A stretch of DNA of 64,000 nt from positions 64,001 to 128,000 of the forward strand of contig JANRKO010000006.1 of assembly GCA_033763455.1 (NCBI GenBank), written 5' to 3'. Positions 1-9,656 of this stretch are shown here, piece by piece (the first letter of the stretch is position 1; each line of letters begins with the position of its first letter). The translations under genes and the position numbers were made by a program. The notes below the pieces were generated by a model, which saw only the letters and a program-made list of their open reading frames with translations, did no database searches and had not been told where the DNA came from. This DNA is from Polyangiaceae bacterium (GTDB lineage: Bacteria > Myxococcota_A > Polyangia > Polyangiales > Polyangiaceae).

Positions 1-1553
1 GCGGAATATGCCTGGAGCATCGCGCCAGTTGCAGCCGTTGCTCGCCCGATTTCCAGAGGCCCATGCCGGGTGCGTATTCCAGACGCATCCACGTCGTCCA
101 CGTAGTAGCGCACGGGGCCAGCTCCCCAACTGTGGGGATCGACCCAGAAATACGGCGAGCTTTCGTTCCCGCCCACCATCGCGCGCAGGAGAGAGCCACC
201 GATCAAATCCCGCGTTATCTGCTTGACCGTTCCGCCCTCTTCACGCAACACGTGAAACCCGAGGTTGTCCTGCTCTAGGCCCGTCTCCCAACCCACGAGC
301 ACTTGCCCGTTCGGGAGCCGAACTGCGTGCCCTCCAAGGAAGTCGACGGCAAACAGTGGTGCGGCAGCTTCGGCGCCTTTGGTGTAGAAGGTGGCGACGT
401 TATTTTGGTTGTTGTACGTTGTCTTGATGTAGTCGGCATCGCGGTCAATCGTGGAAAGCCGAACCTCATCGATCTTGTAGAAGGCCGTGCTGGTGTTGAT
501 TCCGTAGGCTCCGCCGATGGTAACGGGGGTGGTAGTGGTGTTTAGGGTTCCTGTCTTGGCGTAGTTGCACCCGGCCTCGGAAGATTGGAGGGCACCGTTG
601 ACGTAGATCTTGACGGTAGAGCCATCCCAGCGCGCAACCACGTGCCTCCAGCCGTTGTTCTGGAACGAGTACGCGCAGGTCTGTTTGGTAGGTGCTGCAC
701 CACCGGTTCCGAAGTGGGTAACGACACCCTCGAAAACGCCGAGAGTGTTTTCGATCGTCATGGAAAAGACGAAATTCGTTGACGATGCGGTATCCGTGTT
801 GGTCTTGGCTACCACGCGAGTTTCACCGTAGTCCTCAGTGCTATTCACCCAGGCTTCAGCTGTGAGCGCGGTCGCGCCCGACAAGAAGTTGGAAGTGTTC
901 ACCCGGTCATCGTCGTTGTCGAAGTCGAGGGCCTTGTGGCTCTTGCCGGTGACGCTCGTGATTGTGTTCATGCCGGTTGCAGTGCCGTTGTAGGCGTTGC
1001 TCGAACTGTCATACATCGTCGAGGTAGACGGGTTGTCGACGGTGGCTTCATCCAAGTGCCAAACGGCAGCGTAGTTCGTCCAAACATCCGTTTTGCGGGC
1101 CGTCGACGTGGTGATCGAAGAATCCCCGTAATACATGTAAATCACGGTATCGCTGCCTGCCGAAATTGTGTTCACCTTTGGCAGTCGTACCCACGCAATC
1201 AACTCTCCCGTGGTGGCCGTGTAAGTCACGAGTTCGTGGCTGAGTGTGCACGCACTCGCACCGTTGCAAGTCGTGGTGTCGAGTGCGCGAAACACAATGT
1301 CGTAACCCGACGAGCTCGTAACATCCCCACCATTCGCAACAGTTTCAAGGTCCGTATCCGTAGTGATGCTCACGAGCAGCGGATAGTTGGAGATAGTGGT
1401 GGCTGAGGTGCCACTTACTCCCACTTTGGTCCGATCGATGGTGATCGATTTTCGGAAGCCAAAATTCGCCCAGGCGGTTCCAGTACATAGTACCGCGACA
1501 CTCGCTAGCACGAGGATCTGGAGCACTCTCAGCAGTTGTCTTCTTACAGGCAT
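1..1553 (-). CDS. Secreted DUF2341 + LamG-like domain protein, paralog of the C25 protease gene at 1768-5871; runs off the left edge (partial)
   Basis: Manual translation from ATG at 1553 (MPVRRQLLRVLQILVLASVAVLCTGTAWA-NFGFRKSITIDRTKVG...) stays open to base 1. It aligns with the neighbour throughout: DIVFRA.DTTTC, YAAVWHL, DEVRLS, FAVDFLG, GWETGLE.DNLGFHV, GPVRY.V.DVDA. Absent from the ORF track because no stop lies in the window. Confidence 0.88.
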   Translation of the reverse strand, partial: MPVRRQLLRVLQILVLASVAVLCTGTAWANFGFRKSITIDRTKVGVSGTSATTISNYPLLVSITTDTDLETVANGGDVTSSSGYDIVFRALDTTTCNGASACTLSHELVTYTATTGELIAWVRLPKVNTISAGSDTVIYMYYGDSSITTSTARKTDVWTNYAAVWHLDEATVDNPSTSTMYDSSSNAYNGTATGMNTITSVTGKSHKALDFDNDDDRVNTSNFLSGATALTAEAWVNSTEDYGETRVVAKTNTDTASSTNFVFSMTIENTLGVFEGVVTHFGTGGAAPTKQTCAYSFQNNGWRHVVARWDGSTVKIYVNGALQSSEAGCNYAKTGTLNTTTTPVTIGGAYGINTSTAFYKIDEVRLSTIDRDADYIKTTYNNQNNVATFYTKGAEAAAPLFAVDFLGGHAVRLPNGQVLVGWETGLEQDNLGFHVLREEGGTVKQITRDLIGGSLLRAMVGGNESSPYFWVDPHSWGAGPVRYYVDDVDASGIRTRHGPLEIGRATAATGAMLQAYS

Positions 1554-1767
1554 CGAACATTTCTCCGCGCACCACTGGTTCGGTGCTTCCTTGGGAGCCT
1601 TGGTCAATCAACCAAACGGTGAGAACGCTGGAGCCTTGAGCTACCCCTGCCCGCGCAAGCCGTTGGGCGCGGTGGGTCCCAGTCTGAGACATGTCGCTCG
1701 TGAGGCTTTGTGTGCACGCCAAGCGCCCCTCGAACATCTTCATGCGCCACGGAGGCGGGAGCATTCC

Positions 1768-4700
1768 CTATCCGTTCTGGACGGCCCTGGCTTTGCGATA
1801 GCGGGCGCAACGCCGTCGCTCGCGCGAGCGCGCGAGGCCCATCCCCGCAGTCAGCAGCAACAGCATGAAACCTAAATTGCCACCCGAGGACGGGCCGGAA
1901 GGCAATGCGCAAGCGGTGCGCTCGGGACCCACGTCTTGTTTCGCGCGCTCGTTAACGGCGGCGGGAGAAGAAGGTGGATCGCTGTTGCCTCCCGGGAGTG
2001 TCGCCACGTGCTCGGTCGAGCTCGGGTAGATCATCCGGCTCCCAGGTAACTCCCATTCAGGAGTCGCCGAGAATAGCCCGCGCACCGGACGCCTGGTTGA
2101 CGTTGACGAAGGCGCCGGAGATGGCGGCTCGGATGAGGTCGGGACGGGCGGGGGAACCAGGACGCCCGGTGGAGGGTCGTTCGCTGGGGCTAGGGCTGCT
2201 GCTCGGGTCTGCGCGACCTGGGGCAGGGCTAGTCTGAGCGACGGATCGCCCAACAGCGCCATCATGCGTTCGGTGTCGGACGGGGCTACCTGGCGCTTCA
2301 CCGCCACCACGAGCTCGCCCAACGTCCGGATCCTGCCCGAGCTCCACTCTGAGATAAAAGTTTGATAGAGCAGCCCGAGATCATCGGACTGCGCCATTGC
2401 GGGAGGCGCCCACACGCTCACGGCGACACCATGGGGTGCGCGCAGCAACCCCTCCGCCAGGCTTTCCCCGTACACATCGTGAAAGAAGCCATTCAAGCAG
2501 GTGAGGAGCGTGAAGACGGAAGGCGGTCCGGTGCGAGATAAGCTCACGGCGTCGCTAGTTGCGAACGCACTGCCGTTACCCCACACCTGGGTCGAACCGT
2601 GCCCAATATACGTTACGAGACGGCTGCTCGGTTCGGTCAGAGATCCCAACAGCTCCTGCTTGGGTGTCATCGGGGTGAGTGCTTGTTCGCGCACCGAAAG
2701 CGGTTCGCCTTGCAACGCATCTTGGCCGATTTTTGCTACGTCGATCAGCGCATCTTCACCCGCTACCAAGAGTACATCAAGCGGCCAGTCAGGCGGAGCC
2801 ACTGAGTAGCGGACAAGCTTCTCGATCACGATCCCGAGCTCTTCGGGTGTGCGTACCGGTAGGCGGCCCACGGCAAGCTCTGGACGACCGTCTTCGTTGA
2901 GGTCAGCATAGTAGTCGTCGTAAGCAGTCTCGAAGGCAGGCGTGTTGAGTGTGGGCACGGGCACAAAATCAGCGACGTTTTTGCCGAGGTAGTTGTGGGG
3001 ATCGAAGCTCCCATCTCCCACCAAGAGCAGATATTTCGCGGGCCTTCCCTGGGCCGCTAGCCAGCGCAGGCTTTCCCGGATCGCCTCCGGATCTTTCCGC
3101 CCGCGACCAAACTCATCGTAAATCGCCTCGACGTCGTCGACGACAACCCGCAAGCCTTCGCTCTCGCGAAGTCGCACGAGCGGGCCAAGGCGTTCCAAGA
3201 AGCTCCCGTGACTCAGGATCACGAGGTCGGCCGGGCCGGCCGCTCTGAGTGCCGAAGACTGGTAACGCTTCAATGATGCAGGCGGCGTGACGGCGTCCTC
3301 GGTGAAGGCAAAGAGATCGCGCGTACCCGAACCCGGAATTGCCACCTTGCCGCTGAGATCGTCGGGTGGGCCGAACTCCAGTACCGAAAGCTCAGTGGGA
3401 ACTGCACTGTTGGTCAGATCGAGCACACGAATACCAGGCTGAGCAAAGCCACTCAGGCTCACATTGTCCCCGCCCAACGCCGTGAAGCGCAGTTGACCGT
3501 TCAGTGCCCTGTACGCCCGCTGATAGAAGACCCGCGCGTTCACGATGGCGGAATAGTCGTAGTCGCCCGCCGTGCCAGTCAGGGTTAGTGTGTTGTCGGA
3601 ATAGATTTCAGGGAGTGCGCTTTCAAACGTCGCTTGCTCTCGATTGGCGAAGCTCACGGAACCGAGGTGGATGCCGTCCCAGGCGACATCCACCTGATGG
3701 GGCAGAAGGCTTGTACCTTGCAGGTTTACCTGTAGGCGCGGCACCACAGCACCCAGGGGGTCCGGGGTAGGAACCGGCACCGTGAGCCCCGAGGGTCGGA
3801 TGAGAGGGCCCATGAAGTTATCCCCCGGGCCATTGTTGAGGGCTGCGAGGTAAAATTTCTTCTCCGCATACTCAGAGGAGGTTGGAAAGCCAGACGGGCC
3901 AAGAGCACTCATCGCAGGCGGGGCCGCGCCCGAGGTCAGCACATCTCTCCCCCGTGGCCCCTCCCAGCTCACTAGGTAGACGCCTTCGTTCGCGTAGATC
4001 CCTGGCTCACCCAACCCCCAAAACTCCAGCGTATCCTCGGCGTCGAACGTGCCGTCAGCTCCATCCTCAATGGAGCGAGCCAACTCGGCTCCATCCTTCA
4101 GCACTGCGACTCGATTCGACGCAACTCCAAGAGGGAATCCTTCGAGCGCCAACGCCGCTCCTGTCACGCGCTGCCAGCCATTCTTCGACACACCCACCTT
4201 GATCAGTGCTGGCAGCGATTCAGGTGTGAACTCTAGTGATCGGGCCACCTCTGCGAAATCTGACTCCGCCACCAACGCTTGCGCTTTCGCATGGTTCTCT
4301 CCGCCCAGTTTGTCTTCCTGTTGTGCAGACCACGCACTCAACAGGCCAGCGTCAGCGTCCGACGGTGGCGCAGGTGCAAAGGGACCGTGCCGCGTCGCTT
4401 TGCCATAAGCATCCACGTCCTCCACAAAGTAGCGCACCGGTCCCGCGCCCCAGCCGTGATGGTCCAGCCAGAAATAGGGGGAGCCGCCATTGCCATCGAG
4501 CATCGCTCGCAAGAGCGACCCTCCCACCAAATCCTGAGTGACCTGCGAAAATACGCCACCCTGCTCGCGCACCACGTGAAACCCGAGGTTGTCGCGCTCC
4601 AGGCCCGTTTGCCAACCCAGCAACACTTGCCCATTTGGCAGCGCTATGGCGTGTGCCCCGAGGAAATCTACCGCAAATTCTCCGACGGTAACGGCGTCTT

Positions 4701-5871
4701 CCGCTCCCACGGTGTAGAAGGTGCTGGGGGAATTCTGGTTGTTGTAAACGGCCTTGAAGTAGCTGGCGCTTCGGGCGACGGTGGAGAGGCGCACCTCGTC
4801 CATCGTGGCAGCCAAGTAGCTCGTGCCTGTGCTCGTGAGGCGCCCCAAGGTAACCGGGGTTGTCGTGGTGTTGAGCGTGCCCGTCTTGGCGTAGGTGCAG
4901 CCAGAGCCACCAGGGGCGGCGCCATTGATGTATACGATGACGTTGGCACCGTCGTAGCTGAAGGCGATATGGCTCCACTCAGAAAAGATGGAAGCGTCGT
5001 AACACTTCTGCGCCGTCCCCGCGACGCCCCCGGTGGCGACGACCGTCTGCACGTAGGCGGGGGGCTCGGGGGAAGGGTCCGGAACATGCCCGAGTGCGAA
5101 CACATAGTTCGTGCTGCTCACTGTATTGGTACTACTTTTTCCAACCAGCGTCTGGAAGGCGAGGCCGTCGTCCGTGTTCAGGATCCACCCCTCCGCGCTG
5201 AACGCACTGACTCCTGACAGGAAATCCGCCGTGCTGACTCCGTCGTCCCCATCCATGAGGAGCCCCTTGGTGACCTGACTGGTAACGCTCTGCGCGGCGG
5301 TCATGCTCCCGGAAGTGGTGCCATCGCGTGCGTTGCTGGTGCTGTCGTCCATCTGAGGCGCGGTTCCGTTGGGGGCCTCTTCGAGGTGCCAAACCGCTGC
5401 GTAGTCCTTCCAAACGTCCGTCTTCCTCTGCGTGGAAGACGTGATGCTGGAGTCCCCGTAGTAGATGTAAAACACCGTATTGCTGGCCGCAGAATAGGCG
5501 TTCACGCTCGGGAGCCGCACGAATGCCACGATTTTCCCCGTCGTCGACGTGTAGCTGATGAGCTCATGGCTCAAAGTACAGGAGGCGGGGCCACCGCAAG
5601 TTGTGGTGTCGTTAGCTCGAAAGACAATGTCGTGGCCTGAGCTGCTCGTCACGTCGCCACCGCTCCCGGTGACCCTCAGATCGGTATCCGTAAAACTCAC
5701 AAACACCGCAAAGTCGGTGATGGTGGTCGTGCCAGCGAGACCTACCTTAGTTCTATCCACCGTGATCGACTGCCGGTACCCGAACGCGGCCTCGGCCGTG
5801 CCCGCCCAAAGGAGCAACAGACAACCTAAAATGGTGGAACAAACTGCTCTCAGGGCTTGGGTAGGAGGCAT
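1768..5871 (-). CDS. Cell-surface C25 (gingipain-family) cysteine protease with N-terminal DUF2341 and LamG-like domains and a MYXO-CTERM-type C-terminal sorting signal
   Basis: Signal peptide from M at 5871. C25 motifs KYLLLVGD, LAVGRLP, catalytic His (TYIGHGS) and Cys (LLTCLNG). Pro-rich linker, then ACAL...hydrophobic helix...RSRERRR tail. Confidence 0.88.
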   Translation of the reverse strand: MPPTQALRAVCSTILGCLLLLWAGTAEAAFGYRQSITVDRTKVGLAGTTTITDFAVFVSFTDTDLRVTGSGGDVTSSSGHDIVFRANDTTTCGGPASCTLSHELISYTSTTGKIVAFVRLPSVNAYSAASNTVFYIYYGDSSITSSTQRKTDVWKDYAAVWHLEEAPNGTAPQMDDSTSNARDGTTSGSMTAAQSVTSQVTKGLLMDGDDGVSTADFLSGVSAFSAEGWILNTDDGLAFQTLVGKSSTNTVSSTNYVFALGHVPDPSPEPPAYVQTVVATGGVAGTAQKCYDASIFSEWSHIAFSYDGANVIVYINGAAPGGSGCTYAKTGTLNTTTTPVTLGRLTSTGTSYLAATMDEVRLSTVARSASYFKAVYNNQNSPSTFYTVGAEDAVTVGEFAVDFLGAHAIALPNGQVLLGWQTGLERDNLGFHVVREQGGVFSQVTQDLVGGSLLRAMLDGNGGSPYFWLDHHGWGAGPVRYFVEDVDAYGKATRHGPFAPAPPSDADAGLLSAWSAQQEDKLGGENHAKAQALVAESDFAEVARSLEFTPESLPALIKVGVSKNGWQRVTGAALALEGFPLGVASNRVAVLKDGAELARSIEDGADGTFDAEDTLEFWGLGEPGIYANEGVYLVSWEGPRGRDVLTSGAAPPAMSALGPSGFPTSSEYAEKKFYLAALNNGPGDNFMGPLIRPSGLTVPVPTPDPLGAVVPRLQVNLQGTSLLPHQVDVAWDGIHLGSVSFANREQATFESALPEIYSDNTLTLTGTAGDYDYSAIVNARVFYQRAYRALNGQLRFTALGGDNVSLSGFAQPGIRVLDLTNSAVPTELSVLEFGPPDDLSGKVAIPGSGTRDLFAFTEDAVTPPASLKRYQSSALRAAGPADLVILSHGSFLERLGPLVRLRESEGLRVVVDDVEAIYDEFGRGRKDPEAIRESLRWLAAQGRPAKYLLLVGDGSFDPHNYLGKNVADFVPVPTLNTPAFETAYDDYYADLNEDGRPELAVGRLPVRTPEELGIVIEKLVRYSVAPPDWPLDVLLVAGEDALIDVAKIGQDALQGEPLSVREQALTPMTPKQELLGSLTEPSSRLVTYIGHGSTQVWGNGSAFATSDAVSLSRTGPPSVFTLLTCLNGFFHDVYGESLAEGLLRAPHGVAVSVWAPPAMAQSDDLGLLYQTFISEWSSGRIRTLGELVVAVKRQVAPSDTERMMALLGDPSLRLALPQVAQTRAAALAPANDPPPGVLVPPPVPTSSEPPSPAPSSTSTRRPVRGLFSATPEWELPGSRMIYPSSTEHVATLPGGNSDPPSSPAAVNERAKQDVGPERTACALPSGPSSGGNLGFMLLLLTAGMGLARSRERRRCARYRKARAVQNG

Positions 5872-6335
5872 GGTCACAAACCGGGCGGTTGCACAGCAGG
5901 GGTAACCTCGGGGTAAACGGCACATCCGACCAGTTCCTTTAGTAAGTCCGAAACGTCGAGACGCCGACCTACACGCACTCCCCCCAAGAAACCGGCTTTT
6001 TCAGCTCCGCAGAGTCGTTGGTCCTTCGGCAGCCGTAGGCCGCCAGAGCATCCGTTGCCAAGCTCTCACCCGACGCATGCGTCCGTTGCTCTGAGTCAGT
6101 CGTCGACCTGTGCCCGAACGTGCCTGTTCAGAATCGCCACGACGAGTGTTCAGGACGCTCCGAACGCCGCTGGCTTGCGCGAAGAGCCGTTTGGCGCACA
6201 CACCCCCATTCTGGCAGGAGCGCTGCGTTACATTCTAGCCGCTATTCCCACCCGCATACCGTCGCGTATACGGGCGATTCGTTTCAAACCGGTCTAGAAG
6301 GTGGGGTACCGGTTGAGGTAAGAAGCGAGTACTTC

Positions 6336-7691
6336 ATGACAGAGAGCAGCCCTTCCACACTCAAGCAACCCACGGCGCGAGGCGTTGAGCTCACGTCTGA
6401 GGTCGCGCGTGAAGGATTGCTGCACGCCAAACGCCCCACGAGCCTGCCGCTTGCCCCCAAGGCTCCTGTTGCTCGTCGCAAACTGCCGCTTGCCGCTGAA
6501 TCGCGTCCTATCGATCGCGCGTGGCGGCCCATTTATGCTGTTTGGGAAATCACTCTCAAGTGCGACCTCGCGTGCCGGCACTGTGGCTCCCGCGCTGGCA
6601 AAGCGCGGAGCGATGAACTCAGCACCGAACAATGCTTCGATCTCATCGAGCAGATGGCGGAGCTCGGCGTGAAGGAAGTGACCATCATTGGGGGCGAAGC
6701 TTATCTGCGTCCGGATTGGCTCGATATCGTACGCAAGATCCGTGATGTTGGTATGCAATCCACAATGACCACGGGCGGCCGCGGGATAACGCCGGAACAC
6801 GCGCGCGCCGCGCGTGAAGCTGGGCTCATGAGTGTCAGCGTTTCGGTAGATGGCCTGGAAGAAACTCACGATCGCTTACGGGGTGTAACGGGGTCCTTTC
6901 AGTCGGCGATGGCCGCTATTGCCGCTTTTCGAGCCGCGGGAGTGCCGGTTTCCGCAAATACTCAGATCAATCGCCTGAGTGCTCGGGAGATGCCCGAGCT
7001 CTTGGAGAGGCTCATTGTGGCTGGCATTCATGGTTGGCAGCTACAGCTTACGGTTCCCATGGGCCGTGCCGTCGATGAGCCGGACGTGCTGCTCCAGCCG
7101 TATGATTTGCTGAAAATCTTTCCGATGGTGGCTGAGCTCAAACGGCGCACGGTTGAAGCTCGTGTAACCCTCTGGCCGGGCAATAATCTCGGCTATTTTG
7201 GCCCGTACGAGTCACTGCTGCGCGGCTCGATGCCTGAGGGCCACCTGGGATCCTGTGGAGCCGGTCGCGGTACGTTGGGTATCGAAGCCGATGGCACCAT
7301 CAAAGGTTGCCCTTCCTTGCCAACCCGTGAATTTGCCGGCGGCAACGTGCTCGACAACCGACTCGTAGACATCTGGGAGCGAGCCGAAGCGTTGCGTTTT
7401 ACAAGGGATCGCCAGGTGCCGCGTGATCTTTGGGGCTATTGCGCCACCTGCTACTACGCCGATACCTGCCGTGCCGGCTGCACCTGGACGGGCTTTACCG
7501 CCCTTGGTAAGGCCGGGAACAATCCGTATTGCCATCACCGCGCGTTAGAGTTCGAGCGAATCGGCAAGCGCGAGCGGCTCGTGCTCGCCTCGCCTGCCCC
7601 CGGTGAGCCCTTTGATCATGGTCGCTTCGATCTTATCGAGGAAGACATTCCTTCAAGCTCTTTATCCCTAGAAACAGCAAGCCCCTCCTAA
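6336..7691 (+). CDS. Radical SAM/SPASM peptide maturase, PlpX/splicease-like (YG/GDL-peptide-associated family)
   Basis: AVWEITLKCDLACRHCGSRAG (CxxxCxxC) and GGEAYLRPDW. SPASM segment CGAG...GIEADGTIKGCPSL...CATC....C..GC.W...GNNPYCHHR. Start set at MTESS (6336); the ORF track extends further upstream. Confidence 0.85.
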   Translation: MTESSPSTLKQPTARGVELTSEVAREGLLHAKRPTSLPLAPKAPVARRKLPLAAESRPIDRAWRPIYAVWEITLKCDLACRHCGSRAGKARSDELSTEQCFDLIEQMAELGVKEVTIIGGEAYLRPDWLDIVRKIRDVGMQSTMTTGGRGITPEHARAAREAGLMSVSVSVDGLEETHDRLRGVTGSFQSAMAAIAAFRAAGVPVSANTQINRLSAREMPELLERLIVAGIHGWQLQLTVPMGRAVDEPDVLLQPYDLLKIFPMVAELKRRTVEARVTLWPGNNLGYFGPYESLLRGSMPEGHLGSCGAGRGTLGIEADGTIKGCPSLPTREFAGGNVLDNRLVDIWERAEALRFTRDRQVPRDLWGYCATCYYADTCRAGCTWTGFTALGKAGNNPYCHHRALEFERIGKRERLVLASPAPGEPFDHGRFDLIEEDIPSSSLSLETASPS

Positions 7692-7709
7692 ACCAAAAGG
7701 AAACTTAAA

Positions 7710-8228
7710 ATGGCTCAACACCTCGTTCCATGCCCCTCCTGCTCACGCCATGTGCGGACCGATGAAGGAAGCTGCCCGTTTTGTGCGACAGCGCTCAACC
7801 TTTCAGGCGTTCCAACCCGCATGATGCCCGCGCGTCGCCTCGGCCGCGCCGCCCTCTTTGCCTTTGGTACGACGTTAGCAGCGGGTGCTCAGTTTGCCTG
7901 TGCCAGCGATGATGACGGCGGTGGTTCAAATACGGGTACGGGTGGCTCGGTCTCTACGGGTGGCGCGAAGGCTACTGGCGGCGCCTCCACGGGTGGCGCG
8001 AAGGCAACCGGCGGTACGGCGAGTAGCGGCGGTGCTGGCAATACGCCTGCAGCTGGGGGCACGTCTGCGGCGGGAGGAACGCCGAACATTCAGCCGCTCT
8101 ATGGTGCTCCTGCGCCGGTGGGTGGTGCGGAAGCAACAGGCGGTGCTGAGGCGGGCGGCGCGGCGGGCGAGGGCACAGGGGGCACGCCGAACCCCGTAGC
8201 GCTTTATGGTGCCGTCCCAGCGCCTTAA
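7710..8228 (+). CDS. Putative RiPP/protein precursor for the adjacent radical SAM enzyme: N-terminal CxxC-x10-CxxC, RR + hydrophobic signal, lipobox-like Cys, Gly-rich linker, two LYG cores
   Basis: Starts 18 bp after the rSAM stop, with AGGA RBS. CPSC...CPFC; RRLGRAALFAFGTTLAAGAQFAC; repeated GGTPNIQPLYGAPAP and GGTPNPVALYGAVPAP. Confidence 0.75.
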   Translation: MAQHLVPCPSCSRHVRTDEGSCPFCATALNLSGVPTRMMPARRLGRAALFAFGTTLAAGAQFACASDDDGGGSNTGTGGSVSTGGAKATGGASTGGAKATGGTASSGGAGNTPAAGGTSAAGGTPNIQPLYGAPAPVGGAEATGGAEAGGAAGEGTGGTPNPVALYGAVPAP

Positions 8229-8263
8229 GCTGCGTGAAGTCAGAGGCGAGGGGCGGTTGGTTT

Positions 8264-8307
8264 CCAAGTGGGCGGGCACAGAGAGATACCTGTGGCCGCC
8301 TACTTGG
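8264..8307. terminator. Long imperfect hairpin between convergent genes (terminator or mRNA-stabilising stem)
   Basis: CCAAGTGGGCGGGCACAG-agagatac-CTGTGGCCGCCTACTTGG: 18-bp stem with one G-U pair and one mismatch. No U-tract. Confidence 0.5.
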
Positions 8308-8406
8308 GGATGCGGTGGATGTAAGGGGGTCGTTAATATCTGAAGGCTTCAGCCAATAGAGGTCGACGTCGTCCGTCAACATGTCCGAGTACTGAGGACC
8401 TATAGC

Positions 8407-9183
8407 TTAGGCGTCACAGACTTCGAAATTTCTCCGCAGCGCTTCTAGCTCCAGCACTTTGGGCCGAAATTCGTGACCCACGTACCCCGCGTAATGGGTG
8501 CGTGCGATGGCCTTGCAGATCCCCCGGTAGTTGAGCTCTTGTTCGTCGTCGAGGTCTCGCCGCTCTGGGTTGCCAGCGGTGTGAAAGTGCCCGATGTGCT
8601 GAATGTGTTGCTCGATCTTGCGGATCACATCCCCCTCCATGATTTGCACATGGTAGATGTCAAATAGCATCTTCACCATCGGGCTTCCCGTGAGCTCAAG
8701 CACTCGAACCGTCGCGGCCACGCTGTCGCATTCGTAACCTGGGTGGTCCACTTTGCTGTTGAGAACCTCTAAGTTTAGGTTCACTCCCAGCTCCTCGGCA
8801 AGCGGCGCAACTTTCCTCAGGATTTTCGCGGAAGCCTGAGCAGCTGCTTCAGGGCCCTGCCCCGCCAGCCGATTCCCACTCAGGCAAATCAGGCCGCGGA
8901 CCCCCGTGCGTGCGGCGGCATGTAGGCTTTCGGTGAGTTCGGCCTCAATGCGAGTGTGCTCGCGTTCATCGTTAGTGCCGCGTTCAAGATTTCCGTGGCC
9001 GCTCATGCTGGCGATAGTTAATTCGTGGCGGCGCGCTGTTTCTACCACTTCCTCGAAGTCAGCTCCTCGATCCCACAACTCAATGGCCCTATATCCAACC
9101 CTTTGCGCGTAGCCGAAGAGCTCCGAGAGTGAGCTGCCAATCGGCTGAAATACGGGGTAACAGAAGGACTGTTGAATGCGCAT
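8407..9183 (-). CDS. Hydroxypyruvate isomerase / xylose-isomerase-like TIM-barrel protein
   Basis: LEVLNSKVDHPGY, MLFDIYHVQIMEGD, HFHTAGNP.R, ELNY, GYVGHEF are Hyi-family motifs. Confidence 0.85.
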   Translation of the reverse strand: MRIQQSFCYPVFQPIGSSLSELFGYAQRVGYRAIELWDRGADFEEVVETARRHELTIASMSGHGNLERGTNDEREHTRIEAELTESLHAAARTGVRGLICLSGNRLAGQGPEAAAQASAKILRKVAPLAEELGVNLNLEVLNSKVDHPGYECDSVAATVRVLELTGSPMVKMLFDIYHVQIMEGDVIRKIEQHIQHIGHFHTAGNPERRDLDDEQELNYRGICKAIARTHYAGYVGHEFRPKVLELEALRRNFEVCDA

Positions 9184-9254
9184 GGAATAGCCGGAGAACT
9201 CCGCTCACGCTGGGTTCTCAAAGGGCAGTATTCCGAATGGGGGGCGTGTTGCCC

Positions 9255-9291
9255 ATGGAACAACTTCGGAGGGTTTTGTGCTTTGTTAAGA
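9255..9291 (-). promoter_or_regulatory. Putative AraC operator upstream of the Hyi-like gene
   Basis: Minus strand reads TCTTAA-N6-ACAAA-N8-AAG-N6-CAT, the same pattern and spacing as 10534-10570 on the other side of the AraC gene. Confidence 0.6.
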
Positions 9292-9656
9292 TTGCTCAAC
9301 TGTGCGCAGAGGTAGCGGTCTGAGGCGGCCTCTGAGGCACCGCCGCGGATCGCGTATGAAGTGCGTGTAGCTTTCCATGGGAAGCCAACCCTTGAGGCGT
9401 TCAATCCACCTAAGCCGAGCAACGCGGGGTTCGCGCTGCTTGCTCACGCGCAGAGCTTGCCGCCCTGATGGTTACTCAGGTTGTAACTGATTTTCCGCTT
9501 GAGACACACGTGTTTACCAGTCTGCTCACCAAGAAGCTCCTTTACGTTGGCACACGGCGAGGTATCTGGCGCGTGGACGGTGAGCGCATATCTCTCCTTG
9601 CAGAAGATTCGACACCGTAGTTTCGGGGGCGTCGGCAGTCGGAGGGTTGGGCCGGC

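Noticed and set aside
4279..5217. 312-aa plus-strand ORF (and similar long ORFs at 14907-15641, 19415-20110, 43852-44706, 45408-46364, 54115-54963)
   Set aside because: Antisense shadows of well-supported genes in GC-rich DNA, with no recognisable motifs.
6120..6335. N-terminal extensions given by the ORF track (also at 5872-5925, 17102-17356, 25943-26068, 28197-28343, 41055-41228, 52954-53172, 59326-59421)
   Set aside because: They overlap neighbouring genes or promoters, or precede clear signal peptides or domain starts; downstream ATGs fit better.
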